Below are positions 15,905 through 25,511 of a stretch of DNA of 64,000 nucleotides, piece by piece. The position numbers and the translations under genes were made by a program. The notes beneath the pieces were generated by a model that saw nothing but the letters and a program-made list of their open reading frames with translations, did no database searches and was not told the DNA's origin. The DNA is from Clostridia bacterium (lineage in GTDB: Bacteria; Bacillota; Clostridia; Oscillospirales; CAG-272), in the NCBI GenBank assembly GCA_017520505.1, contig JAFXFN010000006.1, forward strand, positions 104,091 through 168,090, given 5' to 3'. Numbering within the stretch: position 1 is the stretch's first letter; every line of letters starts with the position of its first letter.

Positions 15905-17950
15905 TTAATCGATAGGTCTGTATGCAAATCTGAACTGCATATTGCTGTATGACAAAGGCTCATACGAGGGCTGTGTAGACTGAAGTCTTTTTACTGAGCC
16001 TGCGTCATATCTGTATGTATTTGCGCCGTACGTACCTGCGGAAATAAACGTGTGGCAAGGATAGTTCTTATAGTTTGCAGGAACAGCAAGGTTATTACTG
16101 TAACCAACAAATATTATATCGCCGGGGCGTACATCAGCAAGATTCGTATGCTTTTGGAAGCCGAGGCTTATCAAAAGGTTTTCCAAAGGACCGTAAAGCG
16201 TGAAGCCCTTTGTCGCTGGCTGTCTGTCTCTTGCAAAGCCTGCATCGTAAAGTGTCCAGCCCACGAATCTGTCGCAAGATACGATCTTTTCACTCTTATC
16301 AAGTGCAGGGTTAACGCTCGCGTCACCGTATCTGTATCCGTTATCTCTTACATAGTCGGCGTTTATCTTTGCGTGGTGGAGGATTCTTGCCGCCGCCATA
16401 GTGGGACAAGGATTGTACACAACGTTTCCGCCCTGACGTACCACCTGGCCATAATGCGCCTTAACGTTTGCTCTTGCTTCTTCAATGGATTCATACTGAC
16501 CGTAGACTGTTGTTCCGTAAGGACAGGTTACAGCATATTCGGGAAGCTTCAATCTGTAATCATCAACAATAAACTGCTGTGCAGGTGAAAGATTGCTTGT
16601 GTAAAGGTGAACATTCGTGTTCTCAGCATCGGAAGCACCGTAAACGTCAACAACAAAGTTATCACCGAGTGCTGACATAAGCGTTATCTTGCCGAGGCGC
16701 ATATAGGCATACCAGCGCTGTGCTGTTGTGCCGTTGGAATCGTACACCTGAATGTTTGCACCATCAGCCATTTCCGCCGCAAATACGTCAAGAACCTTGC
16801 CTGTCTGCACGTTTTTAATGATATACGTACCGTCTGTCTGCATCAGGAACTGCCAATACTGTCCATACGGCTTTATGCATACGTTATTTGAAGAATCGAC
16901 ACTGATATATCCGTTGTTGAATTTGAGCGTTGTATAGAACATAGGCTGACTCAGAGGACCGACATTATCAAAATATGCATTCGTATCCAGATCAACCTCA
17001 CCAATATCGTTTAAGTAGAATATCTGTGAATCCGAGTAGCTTACACCGTATATGTTTACCGTTGCGTCATTTTCCGTTGACGAGGAAGAAACCTCAAGAA
17101 CTCTGTCATATCCGCATTTTGAACGGATTATATAACCGCCGTCGTACTCAATAAGATACCACCGCTGATTTTCCGCACCCGTATTTTTGTACGTACCGAC
17201 AAGGTTACCAAGATGCGTAGAAGCATACGAGAGATCCATAACTGTGCCCGTACCAACATTTTCAATCACATACGAGCCATCATCCTGAATTATGAAGTGC
17301 CATATCTGATTTGCCGACGTCGTTTTATCAAAAGCAACAACCGTATCTTTCGCAAGACTCACGCCAAGTGAGTTATCGGTATAAGAAAGATCTATCGTTG
17401 CATAAAAGCTTTCGCCGAGATTTTTTGTGGGTTTGTCCGCAATATCAAGCTCAGGGGTGTCGGTCATTATTGCATTTGAAAAGCCCGAAATATCATCCTC
17501 TGTGAACGAGCCGTCCTTGTTGAAATCGAGAACAGATTCATAATAAAAGGTATTATTCGCTATGAGGTGCTTTTTTGCACGCACAAGGTCTTTACCGGTT
17601 ACGTACGTATCGCCGTCAACGTCACCGTCTACAAGCAATGTATACGCAGTACCGTCTGCCATTACAAGCTTGTATCCCGTTCCGACTCTTGAATAATCAC
17701 CGACGGTATAACCGTGGAATCTGCTGACGTGTCCGCTTCCCGGAAAGCTTGACATAAGCTCCTTTACGGTAGTACCAAGCGGAATATTCTTAATATATTC
17801 GCCATCAATATATGCATCGCCAGAAGACGTCGCAACCGTTTGCGGAAAAAGCGAGGACATAAATTCCGTTTTCGCAAAGGCGCACGGCAATAAAACGGCA
17901 AGAAGCACGCAAATCACCGTAATTTTTAACAAAAGTTTTTTCACAAGCAT
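15905..17950 (-). CDS. Secreted dockerin / 2x ricin-type lectin / papain-fold (NlpC/P60-like) hydrolase, paralog 1 (681 aa)
   Basis: Signal peptide MLVKKLLLKITVICVLLAVLLPCAFA (GGAG RBS; track N-terminal extension rejected). Two EF-hand-like dockerin loops, DVDGDTYVTGKD and DFNKDGSFTEDD. QxW-type trefoil motifs (NQIWHF, NQRWYL, SQIFYL; GQYWQF, AQRWYA, AQQFIV). C-terminal SCDRFVGW (Cys) and PCHTFIS (His) resemble an NlpC/P60 or Amidase_5 catalytic pair. Confidence 0.65.
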   Translation of the reverse strand: MLVKKLLLKITVICVLLAVLLPCAFAKTEFMSSLFPQTVATSSGDAYIDGEYIKNIPLGTTVKELMSSFPGSGHVSRFHGYTVGDYSRVGTGYKLVMADGTAYTLLVDGDVDGDTYVTGKDLVRAKKHLIANNTFYYESVLDFNKDGSFTEDDISGFSNAIMTDTPELDIADKPTKNLGESFYATIDLSYTDNSLGVSLAKDTVVAFDKTTSANQIWHFIIQDDGSYVIENVGTGTVMDLSYASTHLGNLVGTYKNTGAENQRWYLIEYDGGYIIRSKCGYDRVLEVSSSSTENDATVNIYGVSYSDSQIFYLNDIGEVDLDTNAYFDNVGPLSQPMFYTTLKFNNGYISVDSSNNVCIKPYGQYWQFLMQTDGTYIIKNVQTGKVLDVFAAEMADGANIQVYDSNGTTAQRWYAYMRLGKITLMSALGDNFVVDVYGASDAENTNVHLYTSNLSPAQQFIVDDYRLKLPEYAVTCPYGTTVYGQYESIEEARANVKAHYGQVVRQGGNVVYNPCPTMAAARILHHAKINADYVRDNGYRYGDASVNPALDKSEKIVSCDRFVGWTLYDAGFARDRQPATKGFTLYGPLENLLISLGFQKHTNLADVRPGDIIFVGYSNNLAVPANYKNYPCHTFISAGTYGANTYRYDAGSVKRLQSTQPSYEPLSYSNMQFRFAYRPID

Positions 17951-18193
17951 ATCTCCTTTCAAATGCTCATAAATACAAAAGACTGATACACCTATTTTCC
18001 CAAGCTGAAAAGTGCTCGTCGCAAAAAACAGATGAACCAACAATTTTATATTACAGTATTATTGTATAAAGAAATAGTAATAAATGATAATTTTCCGTAA
18101 ATTCACAAAAGCTGTGCATAGATATAAAACATCATTATTGATAAGCTTGATACCCTGAATTTTCTTTATCTATAATCACAAGTCTGCTTTTAT

Positions 18194-18229
18194 AAAAAAT
18201 CAGGACATCTTTTGATAAAGATGTCCTGA
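18194..18229 (-). terminator. Intrinsic terminator of paralog 2
   Basis: CAGGACATCTTT/AAAGATGTCCTG stem with a 4-nt loop, and a T-run on the minus strand. Confidence 0.65.
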
Positions 18230-18237
18230 CATATTGA

Positions 18238-20352
18238 TCAGTCTATAGGTCTGTAAGCGTAATAGAATGTAGGCTGGTCGGCTGTACCGATTCTTTCAAG
18301 GAACGGAGCCTTACCGTTAAGATACGATGTAGGATACGGCGTAGGAGTATTATTGGGATTTGCATAACGGATTCTGTAAACCGAACCGTGGTCATATCTC
18401 AAATACAGGTTTCCGCCCATATTATAGCTTGCGCAAATAAATGCGTGACCGGGAATTCCGGGCTTTGTATAGTCGTACGTTGTAAATACCAAATCTCCGG
18501 GTCTGAGATCAGCAGGGTTTGTTATCTTTTTATATCCGAGAGTAGGTACCCACACATGCTGTTCGTAAACAACGGGACCGTGCTCTATCTTGTTACCTCT
18601 TGCGTCTGTAACGCCCGATCTCCAGAGTGCCCAGTCAACAAGTCTGTCACAGCTGCTGCATCTTTCATCTCTTACTGTAGGCTTTGTTATATCAAGAGAC
18701 TGCCAGTTATATCCGGGGTTCCAGTCTGCGTGACCGTATACAAATCCGTGTGCCGCCGCAAAGTCGGATATCAGCTTTGCATTATGAACTATCTTAGCCG
18801 CCATAACTGTAGGACACGTGTTGTATACCAATTCACCCTTGAGATTGTAGATAACCTGTCCGAGGTAGCAAACCGCATTTGCCTTTGCTTCCTCCAAAGT
18901 ATTATATCTGCCGTATACAATAGTGTTGTACGGACAAGATACACGATATTCAGGCAATGTCTTTGCATAATCTACAAATGCAAAGTACTGAGCCGCCGAG
19001 CCGTTATATGTATAAAGATGAATATTTTGGCCTTCAGCGTCCACACCACCTTGAACATCCACAACAAAGTTCTCATCAAGTGCGGAACGAAGTACCGCTT
19101 TACCGTTCTTCATATAGATGTACCAACGCTGTGCTTTGGTATCATTGCTGTCGAATACCTGAATATTTGTGGTGTCTTCCATAGCGGCGCCGGTAATATC
19201 AAGAACCTTACCGTTAGTACTGTTTGTTATCTTATATGTTCCGTCTGACTGCAAAGCGAACTGCCAATACTGTCTAGTTGATTTCATACAAACATTAACA
19301 CCGTCAATAGCCAAAAATCTTGAACCGAATGCAAGATTTGAATAGAATGTAGACTGAGTGAGCGGCCCAACCTGATCGAAATAAACATTGCTTGAAGTAT
19401 CAATATCATCGAGCTTATCAATATAGAATATCTGTGCTGATGAATAATTCAAGCCGTACAGATGAACATTAGTGTCGTTTTCTGTAGAGCCGGAGAAAAC
19501 GTCGAGAACTCTGTCATAGCCGAGCTTCGAACGGATTATATAACCGCCGTCTTCCTGCTCTACAAGATACCATCTCTGGTTATCAGCTTCGTGCGCCTTA
19601 TAAAGCGAAACGTTCGCACCCATATCAGACGAAGCATAAGATACTTCCATAGCTGTACCCATACCTACGCTTCTGATAACGTACGAGCCGTCGTCGTGAC
19701 GTGTGAAATGCCATATCTGGTTTGCAGATGTGGTCTTGTCGGATGCAACGATATTGCTTCCGATATTAGCCGTAACGGCATTGTCTGTATATGAAAGATT
19801 TATTGTTGCATAAAAATCGTCGCCTAGGTCTGTATTTTCGCAGTCAATGGCATCGAGCACAGGCTCATCATCCATTATAAGACCTGAAAATCCCGAAAGG
19901 TCAGCTTCGGTAAATGAACCGTCCTTATTGAAGTCAAGCACGGATTCATAATAGAACTTATTGCCTGCGATGAGGTGCTTTTTAGCACGTACAAGGTCCT
20001 TACCCGTTGCATAAGTGTCACCGTCAAGGTCACCGTCAACAAGTATCGTATACTGTGCTCCGCTCTTCACGAAAAGCTTGAATCCCGTTCCGACACGTGA
20101 GCTTTCAGCTATTTTGTAACCGTAGAATTTAGTTATGTACTCACTGTTCGGAATTTGCTTCATCAATTCCTTGGCAGTTGTTCCGATAGGTACGTTTTTG
20201 ATGTATTCGCCATCTATCGCTGCATCTTCTATTGACACCGCCGCATTTTTGGGAAAGAATGATGTAATAATTTCCGTTCCCGCAAACACACAGGGCAACA
20301 AAATGGCAAGCAATACACCTAAAATTGCCATTCGCATCAAATGTTTTTTCAT
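18238..20352 (-). CDS. Secreted dockerin / 2x ricin-type lectin / papain-fold hydrolase, paralog 2 (704 aa)
   Basis: Same architecture as paralog 1: signal peptide MKKHLMRMAILGVLLAILLPCVFA after an AGGAG RBS, DLDGDTYATGKD and DFNKDGSFTEADL loops, NQIWHF/NQRWYL and RQYWQF/AQRWYI motifs, SSCDRLVDWALW and GIPGHAFICAS. Confidence 0.65.
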   Translation of the reverse strand: MKKHLMRMAILGVLLAILLPCVFAGTEIITSFFPKNAAVSIEDAAIDGEYIKNVPIGTTAKELMKQIPNSEYITKFYGYKIAESSRVGTGFKLFVKSGAQYTILVDGDLDGDTYATGKDLVRAKKHLIAGNKFYYESVLDFNKDGSFTEADLSGFSGLIMDDEPVLDAIDCENTDLGDDFYATINLSYTDNAVTANIGSNIVASDKTTSANQIWHFTRHDDGSYVIRSVGMGTAMEVSYASSDMGANVSLYKAHEADNQRWYLVEQEDGGYIIRSKLGYDRVLDVFSGSTENDTNVHLYGLNYSSAQIFYIDKLDDIDTSSNVYFDQVGPLTQSTFYSNLAFGSRFLAIDGVNVCMKSTRQYWQFALQSDGTYKITNSTNGKVLDITGAAMEDTTNIQVFDSNDTKAQRWYIYMKNGKAVLRSALDENFVVDVQGGVDAEGQNIHLYTYNGSAAQYFAFVDYAKTLPEYRVSCPYNTIVYGRYNTLEEAKANAVCYLGQVIYNLKGELVYNTCPTVMAAKIVHNAKLISDFAAAHGFVYGHADWNPGYNWQSLDITKPTVRDERCSSCDRLVDWALWRSGVTDARGNKIEHGPVVYEQHVWVPTLGYKKITNPADLRPGDLVFTTYDYTKPGIPGHAFICASYNMGGNLYLRYDHGSVYRIRYANPNNTPTPYPTSYLNGKAPFLERIGTADQPTFYYAYRPID

Positions 20353-20548
20353 AGTGTTCACTCCTTTTTTAAAAAACACGAACATAAAAGCTTGCAAACT
20401 CAAAAAGCACATCGATAATTAACGGTGCAAGCTGACACTATAATTCTACAGCATTTTATCAAAAAACGCAACTCAAAAATGATAATTTTTTGTTAATTAT
20501 GCAAAAAACACGCTTGTTTTCAAAACAAATACTATTAAAATTACATAA

Positions 20549-20582
20549 GAAAAAATACACCGCAGCAATTTTGCTGCGGTGT
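20549..20582 (-). terminator. Intrinsic terminator of paralog 3
   Basis: ACACCGCAGCAA/TTGCTGCGGTGT stem followed by a T-run on the minus strand. Confidence 0.6.
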
Positions 20583-20594
20583 AAATATTTGATT

Positions 20595-22691
20595 TTAGTC
20601 AATAGGTCTGTAAGCGTAATAGAATGTAGGCTGGTCAGCTGTACCGATCCTTTCAAGGAACGGTGCCTCTTTTCCCTTATAGAACGTCGTTATGTGATTC
20701 GTGTCATACTGTATTCTGTAAACCGAGCCGTGGTCATATCTCAAATATGTGTTTCCGCCCATATTCTCGCTTGCGCATATAAATGCGTGGCCGGGAATTC
20801 CCGGTTTCGTATAGTCATACGTTGTAAATACAAGGTCTCCGGGCTTAAGTGCGGCAGGGTTGGTTATCTTCTGATAACCGAGTGTCGGTATCCAATTGTG
20901 CTGCTCATAAACAACGGGGCCGTGTGATATTTTATTTCCTCTCGTGTTTGTAATACCGGATCTCCAAAGCGCCCAGTCAACAAGTCTGTCACAGCTACTG
21001 AGTCTTTCGGTAGATGCTACAGGTCTGTTTATATCAAGATGCTGCCAGTTATATCCGGGATTATAGCTAGCGTCGCCGTATATAAATCTGTTTGCGGCTG
21101 CAAAGTCGGAAATAAGCTTTGCATTGTAAAGTATCTTTGCCGCCATAAGAGTCGGACAAGGATTATATACAAGGTTTTGTCCCTGATATACGACCTGACC
21201 GAGATACGTAACAGTTGCCGCCTTTGCCGCTTCAAGCGTTTCATATCTGCCGTATACTACGTTATTATAAGGATTTGTTACGGTATATGAAGGAAGCTTG
21301 AGTGCGTAGTCTTCAAATACGAACTGCTGTGCCGGGGTGCCGTTATAGGTATACAAGTGAATATTTACGTCTTCAATATCAGCACCGCTGTACACATCGA
21401 CAGCAAAGCTCTTATCAAGTGCGGAACGGAGTATCGCTTTTCCGTTCTTCATATATACGTACCAATGCTGAGCCTTTGTACCGTTGTAATCATACGTTTG
21501 AATGTTAGTGCTGTTAGCCGCTTTTCCACCTGTCACGTCAAGCGCTTTGCCGTTGAGAGCACTCGTTATTCTGTACGTGCCGTCGCCGTTGGGGTTAAAT
21601 TCCCAATACTGTCTTATAGCCTTCAATGCTACGTTGCCGTTCGACTCTATTGCCATCTGACGGCTTCCAAATGTGAGATTTGCATAGAATTTTGACTGTG
21701 TCAAAGGTCCTGCTTTATCAAAATAATCTTCAGCGTTTGCATCGAAATCATCTATTTTATTGATATAGAACAGCTGTGCATCGGAGTAATTCAAGCCGTA
21801 CATATGAACGTTGGCATCATTTTCAGTTGAGCCTGAAAAGATATCAATAACTCTGTCATCTGCGCACTTTGAGCGAATGAAGTATCCGTCCTCGTGTTCA
21901 ACGAGATACCATCTCTGGTTGTCTGCTTCGTGCGCCTTATAAAGCGAAACATTTGCGCCCTGCTCATCAGATGCGTACGAAACCTCCATAGCTGTACCCA
22001 TACCTACACTTCTGATAACATACGTGCCGTCATCGCGGCGTGTGAAGTGCCATATCTGGTTTGCAGAGGTTGTCTTATCAGATGCAACGACATTGTTTCC
22101 GATATTTGCCGTAATTGCGTTATCGGTGTAAGAAAGGTCTATCGTTGCGTAGAAATCGTCACCGAGATCTGCATTTTTCTTGTCATAAATATTAAACTCG
22201 GGCTCATCCGTCATAATAAGCTCTGAAAATCCCGAAAGATCTGCTTCATTGAATGAGCCGTCACGGTTGAAGTCAAGAACAGATTCGTAATAGAATTTGT
22301 TTCCTGCCTTGAGATGCTTTTTAGCACGTACAAGGTCTTTGCCCGTTACGTACGTATCACCGTCGAGGTCACCCTCAACAAGCAACGTGTATTCAGTTCC
22401 GTTTGCCATTACAAGCTTATAGCCCGTTCCGACTCTCGAACCTGCCGCTATATCATATCCGTGGAATTTAGTGATATGATCGCTTCCCGAAATTTCTTTC
22501 AAAAGCTCCTCAGCAGTTGTTCCGACAGGTATATTTTTTATGTACTGACCGTCAATTACCGCATCGGATATCGACAGCGCCGCATTTTTTGCAAAAAACG
22601 AAGACACTATCTCCGTCCCCGCAAAAACACAGGGCAGTAAAACAGCAAGCAATACACAAAATACCACTGCTTTAAATAAGTTTTTCTTCAT
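20595..22691 (-). CDS. Secreted dockerin / 2x ricin-type lectin / papain-fold hydrolase, paralog 3 (698 aa)
   Basis: Signal peptide MKKNLFKAVVFCVLLAVLLPCVFA (ATG 22691, GGAG 9 nt upstream). DLDGDTYVTGKD and DFNRDGSFNEADL loops. QxW motifs. SSCDRLVDWALW and GIPGHAFICAS. The 3' region is collinear with paralog 2 at nucleotide level. Confidence 0.65.
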   Translation of the reverse strand: MKKNLFKAVVFCVLLAVLLPCVFAGTEIVSSFFAKNAALSISDAVIDGQYIKNIPVGTTAEELLKEISGSDHITKFHGYDIAAGSRVGTGYKLVMANGTEYTLLVEGDLDGDTYVTGKDLVRAKKHLKAGNKFYYESVLDFNRDGSFNEADLSGFSELIMTDEPEFNIYDKKNADLGDDFYATIDLSYTDNAITANIGNNVVASDKTTSANQIWHFTRRDDGTYVIRSVGMGTAMEVSYASDEQGANVSLYKAHEADNQRWYLVEHEDGYFIRSKCADDRVIDIFSGSTENDANVHMYGLNYSDAQLFYINKIDDFDANAEDYFDKAGPLTQSKFYANLTFGSRQMAIESNGNVALKAIRQYWEFNPNGDGTYRITSALNGKALDVTGGKAANSTNIQTYDYNGTKAQHWYVYMKNGKAILRSALDKSFAVDVYSGADIEDVNIHLYTYNGTPAQQFVFEDYALKLPSYTVTNPYNNVVYGRYETLEAAKAATVTYLGQVVYQGQNLVYNPCPTLMAAKILYNAKLISDFAAANRFIYGDASYNPGYNWQHLDINRPVASTERLSSCDRLVDWALWRSGITNTRGNKISHGPVVYEQHNWIPTLGYQKITNPAALKPGDLVFTTYDYTKPGIPGHAFICASENMGGNTYLRYDHGSVYRIQYDTNHITTFYKGKEAPFLERIGTADQPTFYYAYRPID

Positions 22692-22913
22692 AAGCACACT
22701 CCTTCACATTGATAAAAAAAGAAAACCCGTATCGCCGTAAACATATCATATATAATGCATCAAAGGTATCAATGGCACAGCGCACAAGTATATATTTTAA
22801 TTTTACTGTATCATTATCAATAAAGTAATATAGAAATAATAATTTTTTGTTAATATCAACTAATAAAGTGCTGTTTCTCACTTAATAGTTTTTGTGCATA
22901 TTTAATAATACTG

Positions 22914-22949
22914 TAAAAAAACAGTGCAGTTTATATAGGACTGCACTGT
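22914..22949 (-). terminator. Intrinsic terminator of ftsH
   Basis: ACAGTGCAGT/ACTGCACTGT stem followed by a T-run on the minus strand. Confidence 0.65.
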
Positions 22950-22974
22950 TTATATTCGTAATTATTTTGAATGA

Positions 22975-24948
22975 TTATCGTTTTTGATTTTCTTCTTCAC
23001 GCTTCAGACGGTTTTCCTCGTCCTTTTTGCGTGCCAATTCTTCCGCTTCACGGCGCATACGATCCTCCTCCTCGTCACGGCGGCGCTTTTCGGCAACCAT
23101 TTCGTCGAGCTCTTCAAATGTGGGCTCGCCCTCCATAACAGCACGGAACTGATCTGCATCCATAACCTCATTCTTTATAAGGTATTCGGAGATGAAATGA
23201 AGCTTTTCGATATTTGCGTTCAGTATTTCCATACACTTATTATACGCTTCATCGACTATACGGCGGATCTCGGAATCAATATCAGCGGCGGTCTTATCGG
23301 AATACGTTTTTGTATTTGAGAAATCACGTCCCAGAAATACCTCGTCGTTACCGTGAGCCGATCCGTAAACAACAGAACCCAAAAGATCGCTCATACCGTA
23401 CTTTGTAACCATTTCCGTCGCTGTTTGCGTAGCACGCTGTATATCGTTTGATGCACCTGTTGAAAGGTCATTGAAGATTATCATTTCCGCAACACGGCCG
23501 CCGAGGAGTGTAACGATCTCCTGCTGCATTTCGCCTCTCGTTACAACCATTCTGTCTTCCTGCGGAACAGAGAGCGTATAACCGCCCGTCATAGCCGTAG
23601 GAATTATGGATATCTGCGTTACAGGGTCTATTTTATCCATAAAGTAACGGGAGATAGCGTGACCTGCCTCGTGATATGCGGCAACCTTTATGTCGCTTTC
23701 CTTACGCTTTTTATTGCGCTTCGGCGTACCGACGATAAGCTTCATTACCGCTTCTTCGATATCGGGCATACATATAAGCGATTTGCCCTTTCTTGCGGCA
23801 AGAAGTGCCGCTTCATTAAGAAGATTTGCAAGATCAGCACCTGTAAAGCCTACAGTGGTCTTCGCAATCTGAGAAAGGTCAACCTCATCAGACAAGGGCT
23901 TGCTTCTTGCGTGCACCTTGAGAATTTCTTCTCTGCCCTTTATATCGGGATAGTGAACCGTTATCTGTCTGTCAAATCTGCCGGGACGGAGCAATGCGGG
24001 GTCGAGTATGTCGGGGCGGTTTGTTGCCGCCATAACGATAACACCCTCGTGTGTGCCGAAGCCGTCCATTTCAACGAGCAACTGGTTGAGCGTCTGCTCT
24101 CTTTCGTCGTGACCGCCGCCGAGACCTGCGCCTCTGTGACGTCCGACAGCATCAATTTCATCAATAAAAATTATGCTTGCAGGATGCTTTCTTGCCGTTT
24201 CAAAGAGATCTCTTACACGGGAAGCACCGACACCGACGTACATTTCAACGAAGTCAGATCCGGAAATTGAGTAAAAAGGAACTCCCGCTTCGCCTGCAAC
24301 AGCCTTTGCAAGAAGCGTTTTACCTGTTCCGGGAGGGCCTACGAGCAGAACACCTCTCGGTATTCTTGCGCCGAGCTTTGTGTATTTAGCAGGATCCTTA
24401 AGATATTCAACGACCTCACGAAGCTCTTCCTTTTCTTCGTCAGCACCCGCAACGTCTGTGAAATATACTCTTTTCTTTTCATCGTCGCCGAACTTCACCT
24501 TCGCCTTGCTGAATGAGTTCATCTTGCCGCCCTTACCTGTCATCTGGTTGGTAAAGTATATCCAAAGGCTTACCATAATAACTATAAGAATAAGATACGG
24601 CACGAAAGATACCCACCAGGGCCACGCTGTAGGCGGCTCATATTCGTATTTTACGATAGTACCTGCGGCACGCTGTTGTTCGATGGTTTCAGAAAGATCC
24701 GTATAGAATATCGATATGTCACGCAATGAATACGTGTACATTTTACCATCCTGCGTCTGGATAGTAAGCAGGTTTGTTTCGTCTATTTTGAAAGCCTTGA
24801 CGCTTTCGTTTTTGAACATGGCAACAACTTCGCTGTAATCCTCGATCTTCTGTCCGCCGCCGATATTTCCGAGGACGGATGAAACAACAACAAACAGTCC
24901 CACGATCAATATCGCATAGAAAATAAATACCTTGCTATTAAATTTCAT
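22975..24948 (-). CDS. ftsH: ATP-dependent zinc metalloprotease FtsH
   Basis: Two N-terminal TM helices, AAA+ Walker A GPPGTGKT, Walker B IIFIDEID, zinc site HEAGHA, and a charged C-terminal tail. Confidence 0.95.
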   Translation of the reverse strand: MKFNSKVFIFYAILIVGLFVVVSSVLGNIGGGQKIEDYSEVVAMFKNESVKAFKIDETNLLTIQTQDGKMYTYSLRDISIFYTDLSETIEQQRAAGTIVKYEYEPPTAWPWWVSFVPYLILIVIMVSLWIYFTNQMTGKGGKMNSFSKAKVKFGDDEKKRVYFTDVAGADEEKEELREVVEYLKDPAKYTKLGARIPRGVLLVGPPGTGKTLLAKAVAGEAGVPFYSISGSDFVEMYVGVGASRVRDLFETARKHPASIIFIDEIDAVGRHRGAGLGGGHDEREQTLNQLLVEMDGFGTHEGVIVMAATNRPDILDPALLRPGRFDRQITVHYPDIKGREEILKVHARSKPLSDEVDLSQIAKTTVGFTGADLANLLNEAALLAARKGKSLICMPDIEEAVMKLIVGTPKRNKKRKESDIKVAAYHEAGHAISRYFMDKIDPVTQISIIPTAMTGGYTLSVPQEDRMVVTRGEMQQEIVTLLGGRVAEMIIFNDLSTGASNDIQRATQTATEMVTKYGMSDLLGSVVYGSAHGNDEVFLGRDFSNTKTYSDKTAADIDSEIRRIVDEAYNKCMEILNANIEKLHFISEYLIKNEVMDADQFRAVMEGEPTFEELDEMVAEKRRRDEEEDRMRREAEELARKKDEENRLKREEENQKR

Positions 24949-24962
24949 ATTTTCTCCAAAAA

Positions 24963-25511
24963 TTATTTTTTGTAAACTTCGGGCTTCAAAATACCGATAT
25001 ACGGCAAAGTCCTGTATTTTTCATCATAGTCAAGTCCGTATCCCACAACAAATTCATCGGGGATCATAACACCCGTATAATCAGGCACAAAATCCGTCAA
25101 ACGGCGGTCGGGCTTATCAAGAAGCGTGCAGGTGCGTACACTCTTTGCGCCCTTGAATTTAAGATACTCGCAAAGATATGTAAGGGTTCTTCCGCTGTCT
25201 ATTATATCCTCGATAATAAGCACATCACAGTCCTTGAGCTTACCGTGATCCACATCAAGCAAAATCCTGACAGTACCGGATGACTCGGTACCGTGATATG
25301 AAGAAACTCTCATAAAATCTATCTCTGCGGGTACTGTGATCTTTTTGAGAAGATCTCCGAAGAACATTACCGAGCCTTTAAGAATACAAAGGAGCAAAAG
25401 ATTTTTGTCCTTGTAGTCCTCATCTATCTGTCTTGCTGTCTTTTCGATTATATCATCGATCTCTTCTTCTGAAACAAGTATGCTTTCAATATCTTCACTA
25501 AAACGTTTCAT
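24963..25511 (-). CDS. hpt: Hypoxanthine phosphoribosyltransferase
   Basis: PRPP-binding motif [14 protein letters not shown], about 180 aa, in the conserved position between tilS and ftsH. Confidence 0.9.
   Translation of the reverse strand: MKRFSEDIESILVSEEEIDDIIEKTARQIDEDYKDKNLLLLCILKGSVMFFGDLLKKITVPAEIDFMRVSSYHGTESSGTVRILLDVDHGKLKDCDVLIIEDIIDSGRTLTYLCEYLKFKGAKSVRTCTLLDKPDRRLTDFVPDYTGVMIPDEFVVGYGLDYDEKYRTLPYIGILKPEVYKK

Noticed and set aside
18388-19248. 286-aa plus-strand ORF, with similar ORFs at 16052-16588, 20490-20927 and 21357-21695
   Set aside because: These are shadow ORFs antisense to the three lectin-hydrolase paralogs. Their translations are Cys/Arg/Val-rich nonsense with no motifs.
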